A stretch of DNA of 64,000 nt from Balanoglossus misakiensis (taxonomy: Eukaryota; Animalia; Hemichordata). Under the pieces are notes generated by a model that saw nothing but the letters and a program-made list of their open reading frames with translations, was not told the origin of the DNA and made no database searches. The stretch spans positions 2,758,902 through 2,822,901 of the forward strand of contig CM082585.2 of the NCBI GenBank assembly GCA_040954595.2, written 5' to 3'. The position numbers and the translations under genes are program-made. Each line of letters starts with the position of its first letter. Position 1 is the stretch's first letter. Shown here piece after piece: positions 26,401-38,281 of this stretch.

Positions 26401-29400
26401 GTGGGGTCAACCTTTGCGTCAACATTAACCAGGCCAGACAGTAACAAGGCCAGAGTGGACAGTTTCCTGCCCATTAATTTTGAGTGTTTGGTGGGGTCAA
26501 CCTTTGTGTCAACATTAACCAGGCCAGACAGTAACCAGACCAGAGTGGACAGTATTCTGCCCATTAATTTCGAGTGTTTGGTGGGGTCAACCTTTGCGTC
26601 AACATTAACCAGGCCAGACAGTAACAAGGCCAGAGTGGACAGTATCCTGCCAATTAATTTCGAGTGTTTGGTGGGGTCAACCTTTGCGTCAACATTAACC
26701 AGGCCAGACAGTAACAAGGCCAGAGTGGACAGTATCCTGCCCATCAATTTTGAGTGTTTGGTGGGGTCAACCTTTGCGTCAACATTAACCAGGCCAGACA
26801 GTAACCAGGCCAGAGTGGACAGTATCCTGCCCATCAATTTTGAGTGTTTGGTGGGGTCAACCTTTGCGTCAACATTAACCAGGCCAGACAGTAACCAGGC
26901 CAGAGTGGACAGTATTCTGCCCATTAATTTCGAGTGTGTGGTGGGGTCAACCTTTGCGTCAACATTAACCAGGCCAGACAGTAACCAGGCCAGAGTGGAC
27001 AGTATCCTGTCCATTAATTTCGAGTGTTTGGTGGGGTCAACCTTTGCGTCAACATTAACCAGGCCAGACAGTAACCAGGCCAGAGTGGACAGTATCCTGT
27101 CCATTAATTTTGAGTGCTTGGTGGGGTCAACCTTTGCGTCAACATTAACCAGGCCAGACAGTATCCTGACCAGAGTGGACAGTATCCTGTCCATTAATTT
27201 TGAGTGTCTGGTGGGGTCAACCTTTGCGTCAACATTAACCAGGCCAGACAGTATCCTGGCCAGAGTGGACAGTATCCTGTCCATTAATTTTGAGTGTCAA
27301 CATTAACCAGGCCAGACAGTATCCTGGCCAGAGTGGACAGTATTCTGCCCATTAATTTCGAGTGTTTGGTGGGGTCAACCTTTGCGTCAACATTAACCAG
27401 ACCAGACAGTAACCAGGCCAGAGTGGACAGTATTCTGCCCATTAATTTCGAGTGTTTGGTGGGGTCAACCTTTGCGTCAACATTAACCAGGCCAGACAGT
27501 ATCCTGGCCAGAGTGGACAGTATCCTGTCTATTAATTTTGAGTGTCTGGTGGGGTCAACCTTTGCGTCAACATTTACCAGACCAGACAGTATCCTGGCCA
27601 GAGTGGACAGTATCCTGTCCATTAATTTTGAGTGTCTGGTGGGGTCAACCTTGTGTCAACATTAACCAGACCAGACAGTAACCAGGCCAGAGTGGACAGT
27701 ATTCTGCCCGTTAATTTCGAGTGTTTGGTGGGGTCAACCTTTGCGTCAACATTAACCAGACCAGACAGTATCCTGGCCAGAGTGGACAGTATTCTGCCCA
27801 TTAATTTCGAGTGTTTGGTGGGGTCAACCTTTGCGTCAACATTAACCAGACCAGACAGTAACCAGGCCAGAGTGGACAGTATTCTGCCCATTAATTTCGA
27901 GTGTTTGGTGGGGTCAACCTTTGCGTCAACATTAACCAGACCAGACAGTATCCTGGCCAGAGTGGACAGTATTCTGCCCATTAATTTCGAGTGTTTGGTG
28001 GGGTCAACCTTTGCGTCAACATTAACCAGACCAGACAGTATCCTGGCCAGAGTGGACAGTATTCTGCCCATTAATTTTGAGTGTCTGGTGGGGTCAACCT
28101 GTGCGTCAACATTAACCAGGCCAGACAGTATCCTGACCAGAGTGGACAGTATCCTGTCCATTAATTTTGAGTGTCTGGTGGGGTCAACCTTTGCGTCAAC
28201 ATTAACCAGGCCAGACAGTATCCTGGCCAGAGTGGACAGTATCCTGTCCATTAATTTTGAGTGTCAACATTAACCAGGCCAGACAGTATCCTGGCCAGAG
28301 TGGACAGTATACTGTCTATTAATTTTGAGTGTCTGGTGGGGTCAACCTTTGCGTCAACATAAACCAGGCCAGACAGTATCCTGGCCAGAGTGGACAGTAT
28401 TCTGCCCATGAACTTCGAGTGTTTGGTGGGGTCAACCTTTGCGTCAACATTAACCAGGCCAGACAGTAACCAGGCCAGAGTGGACAGTATCCTGTCCATT
28501 AATTTTGAGTGTTTGGTGGGGTCAACCTTTGCGTCAACATTAACCAGGCCAGACAGTATCCTGACCAGAGTGGACAGTATCCTGTCCATTAATTTTGAGT
28601 GTCTGGTGGGGTCAACCTTTGCGTCAACATTAACCAGGCCAGACAGTATCCTGGCCAGAGTGGACAGTATCCTGTCCATTAATTTTGAGTGTCAACATTA
28701 ACCAGGCCAGACAGTATCCTGGCCAGAGTGGACAGTATCCTGTCTATTAATTTTGAGTGTCTGGTGGGGTCAACCTTGCGTCAACATTAACCAGACCAGA
28801 CAGTATCCTGGCCAGAGTGGACAATATTCTGCCCATTAATTTCGAGTGTTTGGTGGGCTCAACCTTTGCGTCAACATTAACCAGACCAGACAGTATCCTG
28901 GCCAGAGTGGACAGTATCCTGTCCATTAATTTTGAGTGTCTGGTGGGGTCAACCTTGTGTCAACATTAACCAGACCAGACAGTAACCAGGCCAGAGTGGA
29001 CAGTATTCTGCCCGTTAATTTCGAGTGTTTGATGGGGTCAACCTTTGCGTCAGCATTAACCAGGCCAGACAGTATCCTGGCCAGAGTGGACAGTATCCTG
29101 TCCATTAATTTTGAGTGTCTGGTGGGGTCAACCTTTGCGTCAACATTAACCAGGCCAGACAGTATCCTGGCTAGAGTGGACAGTATCCTGTCCATTAATT
29201 TTGAGTGTCAACATTAACCAGGCCAGACAGTATCCTGGCCAGAGTGGACAGTATACTGTCTATTAATTTTGAGTGTCTGGTGGGGTCAACCTTTGCGTCA
29301 ACATTAACCAGGCCAGACAGTATCCTGGCCAGAGTGGACAGTATTCTGCCCATGAATTTCGAGTGTTTGGTGGGGTCAACCTTTGCGTCAACATTAACTA

Positions 29401-32400
29401 GGCCTGAAAGTAACCAGGCGTAGAGTGGACAGTATTCTGCCCATGAATTTCAAGTATTTGGTGGGGTCAACCTTTGCGTCAACATTAACCAGGCCAGACA
29501 GTATCCTGGCCAGAGTGGACAGTATTCTGCCCATGAATTTCAAGTGTTTGGTGGGGTCAACCTTTGCGTCAACATTAACCAGGCCAGACAGTAACAAGGC
29601 CAGAGTGGACAGTATCCTGCCCATTAATTTCGAGTGTTTGGTTGGGGCAACCTTTGCGTCAACATTAACCAGGCCAGACAGTAACAAGGCCAGAGTGGAC
29701 AGTATCCTGCCCATTAATTTTGAGTGTTTGGTGGGGTCAACCTTTGTGTCAACATTAACCAGGCCAGACAGTAACCAGACCAGAGTGGACAGTATTCTGC
29801 CCATTAATTTCGAGTGTTTGGTGGGGTCAACCTTTTCGTCAACATTAACCAGGCCAGACAGTAACAAGGCCAGAGTGGAAAGTATCCTGCCAATTAATTT
29901 CGAGTGTTTGGTGGGGTCAACCTTTGCGTCAACATTAACCAGGCCAGACAGTATCCTGGCCAGAGTGGACAGTATCCTGCCCATTAATTTTGAGTGTCTG
30001 GTGGGGTCAACCTTTGCGTCAACATTAACCAGACCAGACAGTATCCTGGCCAGAGTGGACAGTATACTGTCTATTAATTTTGAGTGTCTGGTGGGGTCAA
30101 CCTTTGCGTCAACATTAACCAGGCCAGACAGTATCCTGGCCAGAGTGGACAGTATTCTGCCCATGAATTTCGAGTGTTTGGTGGGGTCAACCTTTGCGTC
30201 AACATTAACCAGGCCAGACAGTATCCTGGCCAGAGTGGACAGTATTCTGCCCATGAATTTTGAGTGTCTGGTGGGGTCAACCTTTGCGTCAACATTAACC
30301 AGGCCAGACAGTATCCTGGCCAGAGTGGACAGTATTCTGCCCATGAATTTCAAGTATTTGGTGGGGTCAACCTTTGCGTCAACATTAACCAGGCCAGACA
30401 GTATCCTGGCCAGAGTGGACAGTATTCTGCCCATGAATTTCAAGTGTTTGGTGGGGTCAACCTTTGCGTCAACATTAACCAGGCCAGACAGTAACAAGGC
30501 CAGAGTGGACAGTATCCTGCCCATTAATTTCGAGTGTTTTGTTGGGGCAACCTTTGCGTCAACATTAACCAGGCCAGACAGTAACAAGGCCAGAGTGGAC
30601 AGTATTCTGCCCATTAATTTCGAGTGTTTGGTGGGGTCAACCTTTGTGTCAACATTAACCAGGCCAGACAGTAACAAGGCCAGAGTGGACAGTATTCTGC
30701 CCATTAATTTCGAGTGTTTGGTGGGGTCAACCTTTGTGTCAACATTAACCAGGCCAGACAGTAACCAGACCAGAGTGGACAGTATTCTGCCCATTAATTT
30801 CGAGTGTTTGGTGGGGTCAACCTTTGCGTCAACATTAACCAGGCCAGACAGTAACAAGGCCAGAGTGGACAGTATCCTGCCAATTAATTTCGAGTGTTTG
30901 GTGGGGTCAACCTTTGCGTCAACATTAACCAGGCCAGACAGTAACCAGGCCAGAGTGGACAGTATCCTGTCCATTAATTTCGAGTGTTTGGTGGGGTCAA
31001 CCTTTGCGTCAACATTAACCAGAGCAAACAGTAACCAGACCAGAGTGGACAGTATGCTGCCCATTAATTTTGAGTGTTTGGTGGGGTCAACCTTTGCGTC
31101 AACATTAACCAGAGCACACAGTAACCAGGCAGAGTGGACAGTATCCTGTCCATTAATTTCGAGTGTTTGGTGGGCTCAACCTTTGCGTCAACATTAACCA
31201 GACCAGACAGTATCCTGGCCAGAGTGGACAGTATCCTGTCCATTAATTTTGAGTGTCTGGTGGGGTCAACCTTTGCGTCAACATTAACCAGACCAGACAG
31301 TATCCTGGCTAGAGTGGACAGTATCCTGCCCATTAATTTTGAGTGTCTGGTGGGGTCAACCTTTGCGTCAACATTAACCAGGCCAGACAGTATCCTGGCC
31401 AGAGTGGACAGTATCCTGTCCATTAATTTTGAGTGTCTGGTGGGGTCAACCTTTGCGTCAACATTAACCAGGCCAGACAGTATCCTGGCCAGAGTGGACA
31501 GTATCCTGTCCATTAATTTTGAGTGTCTGGTGGGGTCAACCTTTGCGTCAACATTAACCAGGCCAGACAGTATCCTGGCCAGAGTGGATAGTATCCTGCC
31601 CATTAATTTTGAGTGTCTGGTGGGGTCAACCTTTGCGTCAACATTAACCAGGCCAGACAGTATCCTGGCCAGAGTGGACAGTATCCTGTCCATTAATTTT
31701 GAGTGTCTGGTGGGGTCAACCTTTGCGTCAACATTAACCAGGCCAGACAGTATCCTGGCCAGAGTGGATAGTATCCTGCCCATTAATTTTGAGTGTCTGG
31801 TGGGGTCAACCTTTGCGTCAACATTAACCAGGCCAGACAGTATCCTGGCCAGAGTGGACAGTATCCTGTCCATTAATTTTGAGTGTCTGGTGGGGTCAAC
31901 CTCTGCATCAACATTAACCAGGCCAGATAGTAACCAGGCCAGAGTTGACAGTATTCTGCCCATTAATTTCGAGTGTTTGGTGGGGTCAACCTTTGCGTCA
32001 ACATTAACCAGGCCAGATAGTAACCAGGCCACAGTCGACAGTATCCTGTCCATTAATTTTGAGTGTCTGGTGGGGTCAACCTTTGCGTCAACATTAACCA
32101 GGCCAGATAGTAACCAGGCCAGAGTCGACAGTATCCTGTGCATTAATTTTGAATGTCTGGTGGGGTCAACCTTTGCGTCAACATTAACCAGGCCAGATAG
32201 TAACCAGGCCAGAGTGGACAGTATTCTGCCCATTAATTTTGAGTGTTTGGTGGACAACCTTTGCGTCAACATTAACCAGAGCACACTGTAACCAGGCCAG
32301 AGTGGACAGTGTCCTGTCCATTAATTTTGAGTGTTTGGTGGGGTCAACCTTTGCGTCAACATTAACCAGGCCAGACAGTAACCAGGCCAGAGTGGACAGT

Positions 32401-32437
32401 ATCCTGCCTATTAATTTTGAGTGATTTGTGGGTCAAT
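17405..32437. repeat. 90-bp satellite array (~15 kb, about 167 monomers)
   Basis: Monomer gagtgtttggtggggtcaacctttgcgtcaacattaaccaggccagacagtaaccaggccagagtggacagtattctgcccattaattt(c/t), with 89/91-bp, 68-bp and +7-bp variants. Confidence 0.98.
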
Positions 32438-33380
32438 TTGATCAAATACTGCCTACTGCTGGCGCTGCATATTTAAAGAAATGTGAAAAGATGGCAAGAC
32501 AGGTTTGGTAAGTGTGGGCCCCCTAACTGAAGCAAAAGCACAAACTGAAAACTAAGATATGAATTTGGAATAGTTTTATTTATTACATATGAAAAATAAT
32601 GAAGACGTATGCTTCAAAGTAAGTATCGACGGAGTCGAACCGCCAATGCTGCAATGGCATTATACCCATAATACTTTTTTGCTTTTTGCATGAATTTCAT
32701 TATTTTTCATATGCTGTGCAGCTAAAGTGTGGCTAGATGGCTAACTGCTGATGTAAAATATCTTGCATAGCAATTTGGAACAATTACCCCAAGTAGTGGT
32801 CAAACAGAAACAATGCTTGCATTCAATTTAAAACAAGGTGACAAAAGTGGTTGAAATAAAACAAAAAGCAAAAACAGTGTTTATCAAACTGAAATAATGT
32901 GGTCGAAATGAAACAATGAGCAAAAACAGTGTTTATGAAACTGAAATAATGTGCCAAAATAGCTCCTGTTGATATTGCACAAAATAAACTGTTGCATTCT
33001 ACCCTTGAGTTAATTTTTATTTCTAGGCAATTATGTGTTAATACTAATTATTACCTATGGGTAAAAACCATCAGTTTCTTAAGTGCAAATCGCAAGAAGC
33101 TCCCCCATACAATTTTAGTTTTTTTTTTTAATCAAGCAAGATAATTACATTCTGTGTGATAAACTAACTAACTTTACGCGCCTGGGGACAGTTAAAAACC
33201 TCGAGCCAAATATAAAATGAGGAAAAACTGCCCCCTCCCCCGTTGTGAATTTTAAAAGGTTGGGGCTCACACTAACCAGAATTGTCTTGCCGACTCCTAT
33301 TTTTCTGTGTACATTTTGATGTATTGTTGTTACGTGAGATTGAGGATTCGTGTTGATGCGGGAATTACGATGACGAAAGC

Positions 33381-33580
33381 AAAAAATCCATCGGTGAATC
33401 AAACGGGCACACGGCGAAATTCCATTACACGACGAGCGAACTGCGATGAAGAACGCGAACGCGGGTAACGTTGTAAAAAAATCCATCGGCGAATCAAACG
33501 GGCACACGGCGAAATTCCATTACACGACGAGCAACCTGCAATGAAGAACGCGAACGCGGGTAACGCTGCAAAAAATCGGC
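33381..33580. repeat. ~95-bp CpG-rich tandem repeat, about 2 copies
   Basis: aaaaaatccatcgg.gaatcaaacgggcacacggcgaaattccattacacgacgagc...gcgaacgcgggtaacg twice. Confidence 0.9.
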
Positions 33581-33997
33581 AGACAAATTACACGAATGCA
33601 TAGCAAAAATTATTTTACCCAACCTGACACTAATAAATTACCCAATGATTTTAAATTTCTTATTATTACACCCCAATTAATCATCATACCTTTGTAATAT
33701 TAACACCATTTATACACATCCCATAATGTTTATACCATCAAGTTAATACCATTTTATTATTATTATACCACCAAAACCTTGTGTTACCCATTTTTTATTA
33801 TTACACCATTGATGTTTACACCCTTATATATTATACCGGTATTTACCCTCTGTACATGTACAGTTTTTATTTACCACGTGGCATTACCCTCGTTTTTATA
33901 GTATTTTAATTACTTGTCATACCCTTGAAACCATAATATTATACCCATGCAGACAGTTTTGTTACAGTACCCTTGTGCACACTGTTTTATTAGTCAT

Positions 33998-34175
33998 CAT
34001 ACACCAACCCTTCACCATTCCATTACATTGTACCATTTCTTATTAGCCTAACCTATTCATACACCAACCCTTCACCATTCCGTTAGATTATACCATTTTT
34101 TATTACCCTAACATATTCATACACCAACCCTTTACCATTCCCTCAGATTAAACCATTTTTATTAACCTAACCTAT
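33998..34175. repeat. 60-bp tandem repeat x3
   Basis: catacaccaaccctt(c/t)accattcc at 33998, 34058 and 34118. Confidence 0.88.
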
Positions 34176-34329
34176 TGACAGCATCCCTCTGGTTATGATA
34201 TTGTTATCTGGCGCAGCGTTGTTGTAGATATTGATTAGACTCCCTCCGACGATGATATTACCAATGAACCTATTGAAAAAAAAAGAATGAATATTATTAA
34301 TTAGATCAGATCAACAAATCATGGCGTTG

Positions 34330-34880
34330 TTCATCCCTCTGGTCACAGAAGCATCGTCTGGCGTCGTTACAAGTTTAAGTTCATCCCTCCAGTACAGTAT
34401 TAGGTGGCGGCGGCGTTACAAGTATTAAGTTCATCCCTCCAGTACAGTATTAGGTGGCGGCGGCGTTACAAGTATTAAGTTCATCCCTCCAGTACAGTAT
34501 TAGGTGGCGGCGTCGTTACAAGTATTAAGTTCATCCCTCCAGTACAGTATTAGGTGGCGGCGTCGTTACAAGTATTAAGTTCATCCCTCCAGTACAGTAT
34601 TAGGTGGCGGCGTCGTTACAAGTATTAAGTTCATCTCTCCAGTACAGTATTAGTTGGCGGCGTCGTTACAAGTATTAAGTTCATCCCTCCAGTACAGTAT
34701 TAGGTGGCGGCGTCGTTACAAGTATTAAGTTCATCCCTCCAGTACAGTATTAGGTGGCGGCGTCGTTACAAGTATTAAGTTCATCTCTCCAGTACAGTAT
34801 TAGGTGGCGGCGTCGTTACAAGTATTAAGTTCATCTCTCCAGTACAGTATTAGGTGGCGGCGTCGTTACAAATATTACAC
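34330..34880. repeat. 50-bp minisatellite, about 10 near-identical copies plus diverged flanking copies
   Basis: aagttcatccctccagtacagtattaggtggcggcgtcgttacaagtatt repeated head to tail. Confidence 0.95.
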
Positions 34881-37563
34881 TCCCTCTAGCAGCAGTGTTA
34901 CCAATGAACCTAATGTAAAAAAAGAATGAAATTATTTTAAAAAACTGATTAGATCAAGTCATCATCATTGATAAAAAAACAATGATAAGAAGAAATCATT
35001 TAAAAATTAAAGCTGCCAGCACCATTGGTGGGGCCCAAACAGTTCCCATGGTTACCAGGGTTAGTATGCCAAGGCTGTATTCTGCTGTGAATACTAAGAT
35101 ATAGGAAAGCTGGTCAAAGGTTACCCTGGGGTCACTGAAAATCGCGTCAGGGACACTGTGGTCTCATTTAGTGATTACACTAAAAGAAGTCTACACAGGA
35201 GTACAGACAGACAGACACACACATAGAGGCAATAAAATCCGTTTAAATTCCCCCCTAGCCTTTGCCGTCGCCCAAAGAAGTCGACTCATCAATTCTAGAA
35301 AAGTAGACTTTTTGCCAAAAATGATGAAAAAATGCATAAAAATAGAATATTCAAACTATTTGTTCAAAAAAATATAGGACTGTATGTGGTTGACATAAGG
35401 TACTTGCATACCAATTGTCAAATCAATCTGACCAGTGGTTGTCGAGTTTCTGAGTTTTGACCAATTTCAAATTGTCCCAGCTAATTTGCATTAATTCAAA
35501 AAGTTTAACTGAATATGGCTGCCAGGTCAAATAACTGATTTGAATTTCAAGGTGCACACTCGTTGGCAAGGACAGCTGTGACAAATTTGAGAAGCCTAGG
35601 TGTGGCAGCTTTTCAGAGCCAGGTGTGCAAAAAAAATCCAGGGAATGGGGCCCAAGCTCCTGAAAAAAAACAGCACAATACCAAAAAGGGACTGATATTA
35701 CTAACAAAATGTAAGCCTGTAAGAAGTCAAAAGCTGCATATCTTTTTACCACCTTGTGTCAGTACTAAGCAATAAGACTTTTTATAGAGTTGCTGTTTTA
35801 GTGGTCTTTGCAGATGCTAGAGATTAAAAAAGAATCCTACAAGTTAAGATTTTCAGAAACAATGATAGCTATATCAATTACTGTTTGAAAACATGTGATG
35901 TTCACCACCTTGTTTTCAGAAAAGTATTTAAATAAATGTTTTTCCAAAGAGTTAAAACAAAGATTGGCAGCCATCTTGAACTTCAAAAAACTGCAACAAT
36001 ATCCCATATGCAACAAATATGCAAATTATACTATTTGACACCTGACTTTAGGGCAAGGGGTTTCAGAGAAGAGGACTACTCTTCAGACTCAGACATAAAA
36101 TAATAATGCAATATTCAGCAGAATTTAAAAAAAATGACTAAGATCACTCAGGGACAATTCACAACAAAGATCGAAACAATTAGACGTACCAATTTTAAAG
36201 ATCATTATGAAAACTTTACAGATTCGGTCATAATGTAAACAAATAATATCACCCCTGTGGACATGACAATCAGATATGCATATTCTAATATGATTTTAAG
36301 TCCAAATAAAAAGGCAACTGCCCCCAAAATACAAAATTGCAAGTTATGTCACAAACCTCATGGAGATACATACTAAATTTCAGAGAAAATTCCCCCCCCC
36401 CCCAAAAAAAAATATGCAAATTTCACCACATTTTGAAGAAACAACTTGCGTTATCCCTAGAAACTTGCATAGTCAAAGAAATCCTACAAGCTTACTTCTT
36501 CTTCCAAAGACAGCAAAAACTCGTTTCAAACTACAAATATGCAGAATTCAACACAATTTGAACACGCATTACTTCGCTACCCCCAGAAACCTGCATACCA
36601 AATTTGAAAGCACTTGCACCAGTGATTTCAGAAAAGAAAAAGTGTTGACAGACATAGGATGACTGAACATCTATCTACCTGTCTGATAACATTTGCAGTG
36701 CTAAGAGCAGAGCTAGAGATTGGTGTTGCCTTTTCACATTTTAAATCATCACACTTTGCTTCTCTAAGCTACTATTCTGCTCTGCTTGAGAAATGACTTG
36801 GGACCATTTTTGACAAACAATAGTCACTTATCTTCCTGAGTTTATAGTACAATGTACCTACACTGTTTTAGTAATGTACTGATTATGTTCAGACTTTTTC
36901 TTGTGTCTGCATATGTCTTTATTACAGAGGAATAATCTATCGGTTGTCATTTCTCTGTTTACTCAGAAATAAACTAGTCTGGGTTGAAACAGTAGAAATT
37001 TTAAAATTTTCATACCTATTTCAGAAGAGAGTTCAAAACCAATACCTTTGGGAAGCATTAAATCAAATTTGCTGGGTAACTGTGGATTTATAACTTTGGC
37101 TAATTACAGTGCTAACTCACACTGGATGAGTCGATGGTATTTTTAGATTCAGATCAAAATATAAAGAACAGTACAAAGTGGCAAAATGGGATTGTTTTGT
37201 GAAAGCAAGTGGCTTGCATTGAGAGACAATAGGGTACTATACATAGGCCAAGTTGCTCAAAAAGCATGGAGAAATTACTTTTGATGAATGCATGGATGGG
37301 ATGCGTTTCATTACTGTCAGTATTAATTGTCTTTTTTCGTGGTCCAAGCAATACCTTCTAAATTGAAACCAGTTCTATCACTGCTTTTATCACAGTTTAG
37401 TTAACTTGAAATAAATATGGGTTATATCATTACTCATACCATTGGTGTTGTCTTATCATTTTTCACTGGAGATAGGAAGGCGAGATTGCGACTTACAGCA
37501 TTAGATTATTACGTTTTGAACCCTTCTGTTATGACGGAAATAGTTTCAGCCTATACTATTTAA

Positions 37564-38281
37564 GGTGGCATTGCATGAAAAGTTGTGATTTTTGCCAAAT
37601 TTTACTTTTTTACATAAATCGGTAGGCCTAATACTGACCCACAACCTGACTAATACGTCTTGGCGGAAATGGTGCATAATCACCCCGAAATAGCACTTTT
37701 CTGAATGAGTTCACAGCTTAACAAATAGGTGTCAACAATGCAAATAGCCGTTTTTCGCTGCTCTTGACAACTTCGGACTAAAATAGCTTCGCCCTGCGTT
37801 GGCCGAATTTGCTCAAATTTTGACAGGGAATTGTGTATGACCCATCCAACAAAACGCTAGTTTTGTTTGTCGATAAAGTGTCCCTGGCGGGAATAAACTC
37901 TGATTCAATACAACTCACCGTGAATTTGATCAAATTTTCTGAAAATCTAACTTTTAAACGCTGTTACTCCTCAATGGAAGCAGATAACGCAAAACAAAAT
38001 TAGCGTTTTTTTGCACGTGTACTCTAGTTTTGAATGACATATTAAGATGCATGATGCATGGTCAACTTTTTTACCTATTTTAAATTTCATGACATAATAT
38101 CAAAAAATGTTTTTTTTCACCCAAAATCGCCACCATTTCCGGGGATCAATAATATTTGCAACTCAAACAAAAGTTCAAAATCTCAGCTTCCAGAATATAT
38201 ATGGTTTATGGGGGTTTTAACTTTTTCTTTGATGAGAAATAGGCCTCTGAAAAAGTCTCGACGGTTTCATGCAGTGCCACC
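37564..38281. mobile_element. Non-autonomous DNA transposon (MITE), Kolobok-like
   Basis: TIRs GGTGGCATTGCATGAAA...TTTCATGCAGTGCCACC flanked by TTAA on both sides (37560-37563, 38282-38285); GG termini fit Kolobok better than piggyBac. Confidence 0.85.

Noticed and set aside
17201-32424. Many long ORFs on both strands (up to 590 aa)
   Set aside because: Translations of a 90-bp satellite; frequent frameshifting monomers and no gene structure
34330-34880. CRISPR-like array
   Set aside because: Units are near-identical over their whole length, with no unique spacers and no cas genes, in a eukaryotic context
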